Shown here: positions 9,612 through 20,445 of the stretch, piece after piece
Layout of the letters: each line of letters starts with the position of its first letter
Position numbering within the stretch: position 1 is the first letter of the stretch
Origin: an uncultured delta proteobacterium
GTDB taxonomy: Bacteria > Myxococcota > Myxococcia > Myxococcales > Anaeromyxobacteraceae
Direction of reading: 5' to 3'
DNA length: 64,000 nucleotides
Assembly (NCBI GenBank): GCA_963766715.1
Contig: CAVYBH010000008.1
Span: forward strand, 544,001-608,000
Notes under the pieces: model-generated
The model's database searches: none
The model's input: only the letters and a program-made list of their open reading frames with translations
Told to the model about the DNA's origin: nothing
Program-made: the position numbers and the translations under genes

Positions 9612-10365
9612 CTACCGCCTCCGCGGCGACGCCAGCAGCCGGTGGACGTTCTCCCGCTCCCAGGCGGCGGCCCGGGCGTGGTCCACGTAGGCCCGCTCCC
9701 GCCGCCGGAACTCGCGCCCGTGGATGGAGCGGCGCCCTCCGCGCTCGGCGGGAGGCACCACCTGGTGGAGCATCTCGTGGAACACCACCGAGGCGACGTA
9801 GAACTCCGGGACGTCCTCGCGATCGAGCGCCGGGTGGATCCGGATGGCCCGCGCCGTGTGGAGGTAGACGCCGGCGCGGATGGAGGTCCGGCCCGGGAGG
9901 GCGCCGCTGCGCCCCCACCCGATGCGGACCTCCACGGCCCCTCCGAAGTGCTCGGCGTTGAGCCGATCGAGGATGGCCTGAAGGTCGTGGATCCGGCCGC
10001 GGGGATCCAGGCGCCCGGTCCGCGGCGGCGCGATGCGATCGCGGTGGGCGCGGACCCAGGCGTCGATGCGGCGGGACGGCCTCGACCCGGTCTCCGCGCC
10101 GCCCCGGCCGCGCGAAGTCGGCCAGCGCCGCCACGACCTCGGGAGTCGCGCCCAGGAAGAGGTGGTGCACCCGAAGCTGGACCCCGTTCCGCTCCCGGCG
10201 GAACGAGACCATGGTGTGCCGGTTGTCGTGGACCACGAGGCGCACCGGCTGCCCGAGCCGGGCCGAGACCTCGTCGGCGAGCCGCTCGGCGGCCGCGACG
10301 CGATCCGGCCGCGGCGCGTCCCGGGCGTCGAAGGAGAGGTCGAGCTGGCCGGGCGGCGGCTTCAC
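9612..10365 (-). CDS. SprT/M48-like zinc metalloprotease domain protein; frameshifted
   Basis: Joined frames: VKPPPGQLDLSFD...LRVHHLFLGA...IRIHPALDREDVPEFYVASVVFHEMLHQ..IHGREFRRRE (HEXXH plus distal H); GTGA overlap with upstream stop. Confidence 0.75.
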
Positions 10366-11825
10366 GGCCCTTCCCCCTCGCCTTCGCCCTGGACGAGCCG
10401 CTCCACCCGCTCCGGCTCGATGCGCAGCGCGATCCCCTTCTCCTGGCTGAAGGTGACCGCGCCGGGCGCGGCCCCCTTCACCTTCTTCACGTGCTTGGCG
10501 CGCGTGTAGACCACCTCGGGCGCCGCCTCGCCGCGGGCGTCGCTGAAGTGGGCGGCCAGGTGGGCGGCGTCGAGCAGGCTCTCCTGGTCCGGGGCCTGGC
10601 CCTTCCGCAGGCGCAGGACCACGTGGGAGCCGGGCCGCCCGCGCGCGTGCAGCCAGAGGTCGTTCCCCTTGGCCACCCGCACCGTGAGCTGATCGTTCTC
10701 GGCGGCCCCCTTCCCCACCAGGATGGGGAGCCCGGCCACCGAGCGGAAGGTCCGGTAGGGCAGCGCGGGCGCGTCGTCGCGGCGGCGGGGCGGCCGCTTC
10801 GGCCGGGGTGCGGCGCCGAGCCGGCGGGCGTCGCGCTCCAGGCGGGCGAGGGACTCCGCGGGCGCGGCCTCCAGCTCGGCGAGGAGCGCCTCGGTCGCGG
10901 CGAGCCGGGCGCGGACCTCGGTGGCGCGCGCCTCCACGCGGGCCGCGCTCTCGGCGATGCGCCGGTAGCGCCGGTAGAAGCGCTCCATGTTCTGCCGGGG
11001 CGGCAGGGCGGGGTCGAGCGCGAGCGTCACCTGCCGGGGACCGTCGGCGGTCCACTCGGTCACCGTGACCTCGGCGGCCCCGCGCCGGACGGCGTGCAGG
11101 TTCTGCTTGAGCAGGTCGGCGGCGCGGCGGTCCTCCTCCGCCGCCGGCACGCGGGCCGCCTCGTCGGCGAGCCGCTCGAGCGCCCGGCGGGAGCGGGCCA
11201 CGGCGGCGCGGAGGGGGTCCCGCAGGCGGCGGCGCGCCTCGGCGAGCGCGCGCTCCTCCTCCAGGCGCCGGTAATGGGCCTCGACGGCGGCCGAGAGCGG
11301 GAAGCGCGCGCCCGGCAGGGGCTCGAAGCGCGACGCCCCGCCCTCCCCCTCCCGCGCGCCCGGCGGCTCCCAGGGTTGCCCGGGCACGAGCACGCGCCGC
11401 GGCGAGAGGTTCCGGCCCGCCAGCGCGCGGATCGCGCCCTCCGCGTCGAGGAGGAGGAGGTTGCCGTGCCGCCCGGACAGCTCGGCGACCAGGGAGACCG
11501 GGCCGGCGGCGCGCTCGAAGCGGAGCCGCACCACCCGGTCTCCGGCGCCGGCCTCGACGGCGGCGAGGCGCGCCCCGGCCAGCTCCCGGCGCAGGAGCAC
11601 CTGGAAGGCGAGCGGCTCGGGAGAGGAGGGGGGACGCCAGGACGCGGCGTGGATGCGGGCGAGATCGGGCTCGGCGGAGAGGAGCAGCGTCGCCTCCCCG
11701 CCGGCGCCGCGCAGCTCGAGCGTGAGGAGCCGCTCGCCGTGGACCCGCACCGACTCGACCCGCGCGCCGGCCAGGGAGGCCAGCTCGTCGGCCACGGCGG
11801 CGATCTCGCTCGAGCGCAGCGACAT
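10362..11825 (-). CDS. rqcH: NFACT family protein (RqcH/FbpA-like ribosome quality control factor)
   Basis: N-terminal NFACT-N (AELSGRHGNLLL), coiled coil, C-terminal NFACT-R/DUF814 (ILVGKGAAENDQLT..DLWLHARGRPGSHVVLR..AAHLAAHFS). Confidence 0.85.
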   Translation of the reverse strand: MSLRSSEIAAVADELASLAGARVESVRVHGERLLTLELRGAGGEATLLLSAEPDLARIHAASWRPPSSPEPLAFQVLLRRELAGARLAAVEAGAGDRVVRLRFERAAGPVSLVAELSGRHGNLLLLDAEGAIRALAGRNLSPRRVLVPGQPWEPPGAREGEGGASRFEPLPGARFPLSAAVEAHYRRLEEERALAEARRRLRDPLRAAVARSRRALERLADEAARVPAAEEDRRAADLLKQNLHAVRRGAAEVTVTEWTADGPRQVTLALDPALPPRQNMERFYRRYRRIAESAARVEARATEVRARLAATEALLAELEAAPAESLARLERDARRLGAAPRPKRPPRRRDDAPALPYRTFRSVAGLPILVGKGAAENDQLTVRVAKGNDLWLHARGRPGSHVVLRLRKGQAPDQESLLDAAHLAAHFSDARGEAAPEVVYTRAKHVKKVKGAAPGAVTFSQEKGIALRIEPERVERLVQGEGEGEGP

Positions 11826-11842
11826 GGTTCCCCGAAACGGCA

Positions 11843-11891
11843 GCGGCCGCCCGGAGGCGGCCGCTTACCTGGGCGCGAGTCGCCTCGCGCC
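11843..11891 (-). terminator. two GC hairpins (terminator/attenuator or RNA stabiliser) after the Lys/Ala peptide
   Basis: Minus strand GGCGCGAG-GCGA-CTCGCGCC (11872-11891) and GCGGCCGCC-UCCG-GGCGGCCGC (11843-11864); weak U tail. Confidence 0.6.
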
Positions 11892-11903
11892 ACGAAGGCA
11901 TCG

Positions 11904-11981
11904 TTACTTCTTCTTCGCGGCCTTCTTCTTCGCAACCTTCTTCGCCGGAGCCTTCTTCACTGCCTTCTTCTTCGCCGCCAT
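11904..11981 (-). CDS. 25-aa Lys/Ala-rich histone H1-like micropeptide MAAKKKAVKKAPAKKVAKKKAAKKK
   Basis: ATG 11981 to TAA 11904; GGGAGG RBS 7 nt upstream; own sigma70-like promoter; below ORF-track cutoff. Confidence 0.8.
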   Translation of the reverse strand: MAAKKKAVKKAPAKKVAKKKAAKKK

Positions 11982-12038
11982 GTGTTACCTCCCTGACAGT
12001 TGGTCAACTACCAACGACGCACGACTAAAGACGAAGGC

Positions 12039-12067
12039 AGATTAACGAACGCGGATCGACCTTGCAA
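12039..12067 (-). promoter_or_regulatory. sigma70-type promoter for the micropeptide
   Basis: TTGCAA-N17-TAATCT on the minus strand in an AT-enriched intergenic region. Confidence 0.65.
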
Positions 12068-12177
12068 GGATAGGGCCGCGCTTTTTCTCCAGGCGATCCC
12101 GGACGATCGCCCGGCTGTACCCGGTTGGATCCCATCGCGCCCGCGCCCCGAAGGCCCCATCCGGATCGCCAGCCGCC

Positions 12178-12210
12178 CCGTGAATACGCACTCGCAGTGC
12201 GTGTTCACGG
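12178..12210. terminator. 15-bp inverted repeat downstream of ROK kinase
   Basis: CCGTGAATACGCACT-CGC-AGTGCGTGTTCACGG, one T:G mismatch. Confidence 0.5.
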
Positions 12211-12214
12211 TGAG

Positions 12215-13139
12215 TCACTTCACCGAGAGCAATGCGGCGCCGATGACCCCCGCGTCGTCCCCGAGCGCGGCCGCGACTCACGGAAAGCCCTTCCAGCGCG
12301 GTTTTCGACGCCTCGGCGCGGACCACGCGCTCCACTGCCGCGAGCAGGGACGGGTTGCCGAGCAGCAACCCGCCGCCCAGCACCAGCGTCCCGGGGTCGA
12401 GCAGCGTGACCGCGTCGGCGACGGCCCGGCCGAGCCGGGCGGCGGTCGATTCCCAGAAGGCGGAGGCCCAGGGATCCCCGGCGCGCGCGGCGCGCTCCAC
12501 GTCGTTCGGCGACGAGAATCCGGCCGCCTTCCCCTTCGCGCGCGCCTCGGCGAGGCGCGCCGAGATCCCCGCGCCGCCCGCGTAGGCCTCCAGGCAGCCT
12601 CGCGCGCCGCAGCCGCAGGACCGCTCCGGCTCGCCCGGCGGGGGCTCCACCTTCACGTGTCCGATCTCCCCGGCCACGCCTCGCGCGCCGGAGAGGAGCC
12701 GTCCGTCCAGCACCACGCCCGCGCCCACGCCGGTGCCGGCGAACACCACCAGCGCGCTGCGGGCACCGCGGGCGGCGCCGTGCCGGTACTCGCCCCATGC
12801 GGCCGCGTTCAGGTCGTTCACCACGCGGACGGGAACGCCGAGCGCGGCGGCGAGCAGGTCGCCGAGGGGCACGTCCCGCCAGCCGAGGTTCGGGGCCGAG
12901 AGCACCCGGCCGCTCTCGCCCTCGATCTGGCCCGCGAAGCCGGCGCCGGCCGCGACGGGCCGGACGCCCGCCGCCCCGGCGGCCTCGAGCGTGGCCCGGG
13001 CCACGGCCCGCACCACCTCGTCCGGCGTCCGCCCGGCGAGCCGCCCCCTGCGGGCGGCCACCACCCGGCCGGTCGCCACGTCGACCACCGCGGCCCGGAC
13101 GTTGGTGCCCCCGACGTCGATGCCCAGCGCGGCTTCCAT
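12215..13139 (-). CDS. ROK family sugar kinase (glucokinase-like); frameshift near 12280
   Basis: GIDVGGT, VNDLNAAAWGE, GTGVGAG, GEIGH, CGCGARGCLEAYA; C-terminus LGDDAGVIGAA in adjacent frame. Confidence 0.88.
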
Positions 13140-14511
13140 CACGCACCGAGCTGGCGCTTCAGCTCGTCCACCTTGCCGGTGACGAGCGACTGGATCTCGA
13201 CGAGCCGCTCCGGGGTCCGGGCCTCGAAGCGAAGCACGAGCAGCGGCTGGGTGTTGGAGGCGCGCACGAGGCCCCATGCCGTCCGGGAAGATGACCCGCA
13301 CCCCGTCGACCGTCACCGCCTCGTACCGGGCGGCGAACCACTCCTGGGCGCGCCGGACCAGCTCGAACTTCACGCTCTCCGGGCAGTCGTAGCGGATCTC
13401 CGGCGTGGAGAAGGTCTGCGGGACGTCGGCCAGCAGGGTGGACACCCGCTGCGTCGGTCCGGGACACGAGCTCGAGCAGCCGGCCCGAGGAGTAGATGCC
13501 GTCGTCGAAGCCGAACCAGCGATGGGCGAAGAAGATGTGGCCGCTCATCTCGCCGGCGAGCAGCGCCCCCTCCTCCTTCATCTTGGCCTTGATGAGGCTG
13601 TGGCCGGCCTTCCACATGATGCCGCGCCCCCCGCGGGCCGCGATGTCGTCGTAGAGGGTCTTCGAGCACTTCACCTCGCCGACGATGGCCGCGCCCGGGT
13701 TCTCCGCGAGCAGCGCACGGGAGAAGAGGATCATGAGCTGGTCGCCCCAGAGCACGTTCCCCTTCTCGTCGACGGCGCCCACCCGGTCGGCGTCCCCGTC
13801 GTAGGCGATCCCCAGGTCGGCGCCGGTCGCGATGACCTGCGTCTTCAGGAACCGGAGGTTCTCCTCGACGGTGGGATCGGGGTGGTGGTTGGGGAAGCGG
13901 CCGTCCATCTCCACGAAGAGGGGGATCACCTCGACGCCGAGCGACCGGAAGAGCGGCACCGCGATGACGCCGCCCGTCCCGTTCCCCGCGTCGACGACCA
14001 CCTTCAGCTTCCGGGGGCCCATCGTCAGATTCTGCCGGACGTACTCCCGGTAGGGCGTGACGATGTCGTGGGTGTCGAGCGCGCCGGCCCCCTCGGCGAA
14101 GCGCCCGGCCTGGATGCGCCGCAGGAGCGCCTGGATGCCGTCGCCGTGGAGCGTGCTCTTGCCGACCCCGACCTTGAGCCCGTTGTACTCGGGCGGGTTG
14201 TGCGAGCCGGTGATCATCACCAGGCCGTCGACCGGGAGCGTGGCGGCGGCGAAGTAGGTGAGCGGCGTGGGGACGACCCCCAGGTCGGTCACGTCGACGC
14301 CGGTGGAGCGGAGGCCGTCGATCAGGGCGACGGCGAAGCGAGGCCCGCTCTCCCGGCAGTCGCGCCCCACCACCACGCGCCGCCCGCCCTGCTCGCGCAC
14401 CTCGGTGCCGAGCGCCCGGCCCACCAGCCGCACGGCGTCCTCGGTGAGGTCCTGGTCCACCAGGCCCCGGATGTCGTACTCGCGGAAGATCGTCGAAGAG
14501 ATGGTTGCCAT
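13139..14511 (-). CDS. algC: phosphomannomutase/phosphoglucomutase; frameshifts near 13450 and 13280
   Basis: IFREYDIRG, TGSHNP, DGDADR, GEMSGH, STPEIR, DGVRV..F.DG..LVRASNTQP. Confidence 0.9.
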
Positions 14512-14550
14512 TCGTTCCCGTCCGGCGCGCCCGGCGGGCGCCGCCTGGGC

Positions 14551-15635
<1,085 letters not shown>

Positions 15636-15639
<4 letters not shown>

Positions 15640-16232
15640 GCGGTTCTCCAGGTGGCGAGGAGCTCGTGGAGGATGCGCGCGCTCGCGCCCCACACCACGT
15701 GACCGCCCACCTCGAAGTAGTGGACCTCGTGCACCATCCCGAACGCCTCCCGCGTGCCGGTCCGGTGAGCCCCCGGCGCGAGCAGATCGGCGACGGAGAA
15801 CTCGATCAACCCGGCGACCTCGTCCGGCTGCGCCACGTAGGGGTAAGGGTATGGCACGACGCCCACCCACGGCGTCAAGCGGAACCCGGACAGGACGACG
15901 AGCGCCTCGCCGAGCCGCCCCACGACCTCCACGTCGGCGGGCGCGAGGCCGATCTCCTCGTGCGCCTCGCGCAGCGCCGCGGCGCGCGCGTCCACGTCCT
16001 GGGGCTCGATCCGCCCACCGGGAAACGAGATCTGCCCGGGGTGGAGCCGGAGGTCGTCCCGCCGGCGCGTCATGAGGACGTGGGGCTCGCCCTCGCGAAG
16101 GAACACCGGGACGAGCACCGCGGCCTCGGCCAGCGCGCCGGGCGAGTCGCGGTAGAGCGGCTGGAGCGCGGCCAGGTCGAGCCGGGTGAAGGGACGGCCG
16201 GCAAGTGCGAGCCGCAGGCCGGCGAGCGTCAT
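15636..16232 (-). CDS. Nudix CoA pyrophosphatase (NudL-like)
   Basis: AAVLVP..HPGQISFPGG..AALREAHEEIG..VWGASA; ATGA overlaps on both sides. Confidence 0.88.
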
Positions 16233-17102
16233 CGGACGCGGGCGGCGGGCGCCGGCGGGGGATGGTCGTCGTCCCGGGGCAGCACGCCTTGCCAGACCAG
16301 GACCGCGACGAGCACGCCCAGCGCGAGGCGCCAGGCCACGAAGACGTAGGTGGTGCGGGTCCTGAGGTACCGCAAGCAGCCACCCGATGACGAGGTAGCC
16401 CGCCACCGCGGACACCCCCGTGCCGATGAGCGTGGCGGTTCGCCAGTCGGCCTCGCCGCGCAGGACGGGGAGCGCCTTGGCGAGCTTGTACGCGCCCGCG
16501 GCCAGGATGATGGGCACCGACAGGAGGAAGCTGAAGCGGGCCGCCGCCTCCCGCGAGAAGCCGAGGAGCATCCCGGTGGTGATGGTGCTCCCGGAGCGCG
16601 AGGTCCCGGGGACGAGCGCGAGCGCCTGGCCCACCCCGATGGCGAGGGCCGAGCCGGCGCGGAGGTCGTCCAGGCCCCGGCGATGGGAGGCGAAGCGCTC
16701 CGCGCCCGCCATGACCAGTCCCCAGAACACGAGGGAGAAGGCGATGACCAGGTTCCCGAGCGACTCGATGCGACGCTCCAGCAGCTTTCCGAGCACGGCG
16801 GCCGGCACCGTGCCGAGCGCGATGTACCAGGCCAGGCGCGCGTCGGGCGTGCCGAAGGGACGGCCCTCCCGCAGCCCGCGCAGCCAGGCGACGGCGAGCC
16901 GCCACAGATCCTGGCGGAAGTAGACGAGCACCGCGATCGTGGTGCCCGACTGGATGATGGTGACGAAGGCGCGGAAGCGCGGGTCGGCGAGGCTCTCGCC
17001 CAGCAGCTCGCCCACGAGCAGCAGGTGGGCGGTGGAGCTCACCGGCAGGAACTCGGTGACGGCCTGGACGAGGCCGAGGAGGACGGCGGCGAGCGGTCCC
17101 AT
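16229..17102 (-). CDS. uppP: undecaprenyl-diphosphate phosphatase; frameshift near 16372
   Basis: GLVQAVTEFLPVSSTAHL, PGTSRSGSTI, AARFSFLLSVP. Confidence 0.92.
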
Positions 17103-17130
17103 TCCGTCCCGAGCGATGCGGCGCGCCGCG

Positions 17131-18288
17131 CTAGGCGCGCTTGCCCTTGCGACCCGCGGCGGCCCGGAGCGCGTCCTTCTTGTCGGTTCGCTCCCAGGTG
17201 AACGCCTTGTCCTCGCGGCCGAAGTGGCCGTAGGCGGCGGTCGACTGGTAGATGGGGCGGAGCAGGTCGAGCCCGCGGATGATCTCCTTCGGCGTGAGGC
17301 CGAAGACCTGGCGGACGGCGGCGGCGATGGCCTCCTCGGACACCGTGGAGGTGCCGAAGGTGTCCACCATCACCGAGACCGGCTCGGCCACGCCGATGGC
17401 GTAGGCCACCTGCACCTCGCAGCGGCTGGCGAGACCCGAGGCGACCACGTTCTTGGCGATGTAGCGCCCCATGTACGCCGCGGAGCGGTCGACCTTGGAC
17501 GGGTCCTTGCCGCTGAAGGCGCCGCCGCCGTGGCGTCCCATGCCGCCGTAGGTGTCGACGATGATCTTCCGGCCGGTGACGCCGGTGTCGCCCATGGGGC
17601 CGCCGATGACGAAGCGGCCGGTGGGGTTGATGAAGATCTTCGTCTTCCTGTCGACGAGCTTCTTCGGGAGCGCCCGGGCGATGACCTGCTCGCGGATCGC
17701 CTCGTGCAGCTTCTTGTTCGAGACGTCGGGCGCGTGCTGGGTGGAGACGACCACCGTGTCGATGCGGGCCACCTTGCCGTCGCGGTACTCGACGCTCACC
17801 TGGGCCTTGCCGTCCGGGCGCAGGAAGTCGAGGCCGCGCCGGCGGGCCTTGGCCAGCTCGCGGGTGAGGTGGTGCGCGTACTGGATGGGCGCCGGCATGA
17901 GCTCCGGCGTCTCGTCGCAGGCGTAGCCGAACATCATCCCCTGGTCGCCGGCGCCGCCGGTGTCGACCCCCTGGCCGATGTCGGGAGACTGCTGGTCGAC
18001 CGCCACCAGGACCGCGCAGGTGTGGCCGTCGAAGCCCATCGCGCTGTCGGTGTAGCCGATCTTCTTCACCGTCTCGCGCGCCAGCTTCTGGTAGTCGATC
18101 TGGGCCGGCGTGGTGATCTCGCCGGCGATCATGACGTAGCCGGTCTTGAGCAGCGTCTCGCAGGCCACCCGCCCCTTGGGGTCGCGGGCCAGGACGGCGT
18201 CGAGCACCGCGTCGGAGATCTGGTCGGCCATCTTGTCCGGATGGCCTTCGGTCACCGACTCGGAGGTGAAGAGGTAGTCTTTCTGCAT
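17131..18288 (-). CDS. metK: S-adenosylmethionine synthetase
   Basis: [47 protein letters not shown]. Confidence 0.97.
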   Translation of the reverse strand: MQKDYLFTSESVTEGHPDKMADQISDAVLDAVLARDPKGRVACETLLKTGYVMIAGEITTPAQIDYQKLARETVKKIGYTDSAMGFDGHTCAVLVAVDQQSPDIGQGVDTGGAGDQGMMFGYACDETPELMPAPIQYAHHLTRELAKARRRGLDFLRPDGKAQVSVEYRDGKVARIDTVVVSTQHAPDVSNKKLHEAIREQVIARALPKKLVDRKTKIFINPTGRFVIGGPMGDTGVTGRKIIVDTYGGMGRHGGGAFSGKDPSKVDRSAAYMGRYIAKNVVASGLASRCEVQVAYAIGVAEPVSVMVDTFGTSTVSEEAIAAAVRQVFGLTPKEIIRGLDLLRPIYQSTAAYGHFGREDKAFTWERTDKKDALRAAAGRKGKRA

Positions 18289-18311
18289 GGTTCTCCCAGG
18301 AAAGGTCGGCC

Positions 18312-18341
18312 AAGGTACGTCCGCTGGAACGGACGTGTCAA
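18312..18341 (-). promoter_or_regulatory. metK sigma70 promoter with a dyad filling the spacer
   Basis: TTGACA-N18-TACCTT; inverted repeat ACGTCCG-N6-CGGACGT at 18317-18336. Confidence 0.6.
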
Positions 18342-18393
18342 GCATCGCCTCGATCGAACGGACGGCGCCCGGAAAGGCTTCCCGGCGGTCCGA

Positions 18394-20166
18394 TCAGCCG
18401 CTCACCGGGCCCACCGCGGCCGCCGCCTCCAGCATCCCCGGGAAGCGCCTCGTCATCTCGCCGCGCACCTCGCGCTCGATGTCGTCGGCGAAGGTGAGCT
18501 GCAGGATCCGGTCGAGCAGCTCGCGCCCCTCCCGCGCGCTCGCGCTGCGGATCACCCGCTTCACGAGCGGGATGGACGGACCGTTCATGGAGAGCTCGTC
18601 GAGCCCGAGCCCGAGGAGCACGAGCGTGTAGAGCGGCTCGCCGGCCATCTCCCCGCACATCGCCACCGGCTTGCCCGCCCGGTGCGCGGCGTCGGTGATG
18701 GCGCGAAGGGTGCGGAGCACCGCGAGGTGGAGGGGCCGGTAGAGGTAGGCCACGTCCTTGTTCTGCCGGTCGACGCCGATGGTGTACTGGATGAGGTCGT
18801 TCGTGCCGATGGAGAGGAAGTCGACCTCCTCGGCGAGCCGGTCGGCGATCACCGCCGCGCTGGGGAGCTCGACCATGATCCCCACCGGCGGCAGCCGCCC
18901 CGGCAGGCCCTGGGCGGCCACCTCCTCGTGGGCCTCGAGGAGCATGCGCTTGGCGGCCCGGACCTCGGCCACGCCGCTCACCATGGGGAACATGAGCCGC
19001 AGGTTGCCGTGGGCCGCCGCCCGCACGGCGGCGCGCAGCTGGGCCCGGAAGAGGTCGGGGTGGCGCAGGCAGTAGCGAACCGCGCGAAGGCCGAGCGCCG
19101 GGTTCTCCGAGTGGTCCCTCTGGCCGGACGGGAGCTTGTCGCCGCCCAGGTCGAAGGTGCGGACCGTGACCGGACGCCCGCCCATGGCCTCGAGGATCTG
19201 CGTGTAGTCGCGGTAGTGATCCTCCTCGGAGGGGAGCGCGTCCTTGCCCATGTAGAGGAACTCGGTCCGGTAGAGCCCGACGCCCTCGCCGCCGTGGGAG
19301 ATGAGCCCGGGCACCTCCTCGCCGAACTCGATGTTGCCGAACATGCCGATGGTGACGCCGTCCACGGTCTCGGCCGGGAGGTCCTTCAGGCGCGCCAGGT
19401 CGGCCTCGGCCTCGAGGTGCCGGACGCGCGCCGCCTCGTAGTCCGCTCGCTCGCCGGCGGTGGGGTTCACCACCACCACGCCGCGGCCGCCGTCCACCAC
19501 GATCCAGTCGCCGCGCTCGGCGGAGGCGGTGGCCCGGCCCACGCCGACCACGGCGGGGATCTCCAGCGCCCGGGCCACGATGGCGGTGTGGCTGGTGATG
19601 CCGCCGGCGTCGGTGACGAGCCCGGCCACCTTGCCGTCGTGGAAGAGCAGCGCGGTGTCGGCCGGCGACAGGTCGCGGGCCACCACCACCGAGCCGTGCG
19701 GCGGAAGCTCGGCGACGTCCACGCCCTGGCCGAGCAGGTTCTTCACGATGCGCTCGCCGACGTAGTCGACGTCGGACCGCCGCTCCCGGAAGAACTCGTC
19801 GTCCGGATCGAAGGCCCCCTTGATCTTGCGGATGGCGCGCTTCACCGCCCACTCGACGTTCACCCGCTCCTCGCGGACCAGCCGCCGGACCTCGTCGACG
19901 AGCGACGGGTCGCGCAGCATGGCGCGGTGGACGTCGATGATGGCGACGTGCTCGGACCCCTCCGAGGCCTGCATCTTGGCGCGCACGCCGTCGAGCTGGT
20001 GCACCGACAGCTCGAGCGCGGCCTCCAGCCTCCCCAGCTCGGCCTCGACCTCCTCGGGAAGGACCTTTCGCCGCGGGGTCCGGACCTTGCGCCGATCCAC
20101 GGTCCAGCAGCGCCCGACCGCGATGCCGGGCGAGGCGGCGAGTCCCTGGAGCGTGGTCGAGCCCAT
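18394..20166 (-). CDS. ptsI: PTS enzyme I (PEP-protein phosphotransferase)
   Basis: GGITSHTAIVAR, GVGLYRTEF, RTFDLGGDK, ENPALGLR, SIGTNDLIQY, MCGEMAG. Confidence 0.95.
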   Translation of the reverse strand: MGSTTLQGLAASPGIAVGRCWTVDRRKVRTPRRKVLPEEVEAELGRLEAALELSVHQLDGVRAKMQASEGSEHVAIIDVHRAMLRDPSLVDEVRRLVREERVNVEWAVKRAIRKIKGAFDPDDEFFRERRSDVDYVGERIVKNLLGQGVDVAELPPHGSVVVARDLSPADTALLFHDGKVAGLVTDAGGITSHTAIVARALEIPAVVGVGRATASAERGDWIVVDGGRGVVVVNPTAGERADYEAARVRHLEAEADLARLKDLPAETVDGVTIGMFGNIEFGEEVPGLISHGGEGVGLYRTEFLYMGKDALPSEEDHYRDYTQILEAMGGRPVTVRTFDLGGDKLPSGQRDHSENPALGLRAVRYCLRHPDLFRAQLRAAVRAAAHGNLRLMFPMVSGVAEVRAAKRMLLEAHEEVAAQGLPGRLPPVGIMVELPSAAVIADRLAEEVDFLSIGTNDLIQYTIGVDRQNKDVAYLYRPLHLAVLRTLRAITDAAHRAGKPVAMCGEMAGEPLYTLVLLGLGLDELSMNGPSIPLVKRVIRSASAREGRELLDRILQLTFADDIEREVRGEMTRRFPGMLEAAAAVGPVSG

Positions 20167-20167
20167 G

Positions 20168-20442
20168 TCAGCGCTCCCCGAAGCCGGACTCGAAGACCTT
20201 GGCCAGCGCCGCCAGCGCCGCCGGGTGCGTCCTCGCCCTCGCAGGTCACCACGACCGTCGAATCCCCTCCCGGCCGCCAGCGTGAGCACGCCCATGATGC
20301 TCTTCGCGTTGATCTGGAGCCCTTCCTTCTCGAAGAGGATCTCGCTGCGGAAGCGGTTCGCCGTCTGCACGATCATGGCGGCGGGGCGCGCGTGGAGCCC
20401 CAGCGAGTTGACGACGGTGAAGGTCTTCTCGACCCGATGCAT
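20168..20442 (-). CDS. ptsH: HPr phosphocarrier; frameshifted near 20230-20270
   Basis: NSLGLHARPAA (His15) and NAKSIMGVLTL (Ser46). Confidence 0.9.
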
Positions 20443-20445
20443 CTC

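Noticed and set aside
12042..13445. Apparent PMM-ROK fusion
   Set aside because: A frameshift artefact; PMM ends at a TGATG overlap with the ROK start.
18289..18393. SAM riboswitch upstream of metK
   Set aside because: The predicted promoter leaves a leader of under 20 nt and no SAM aptamer motif is visible.
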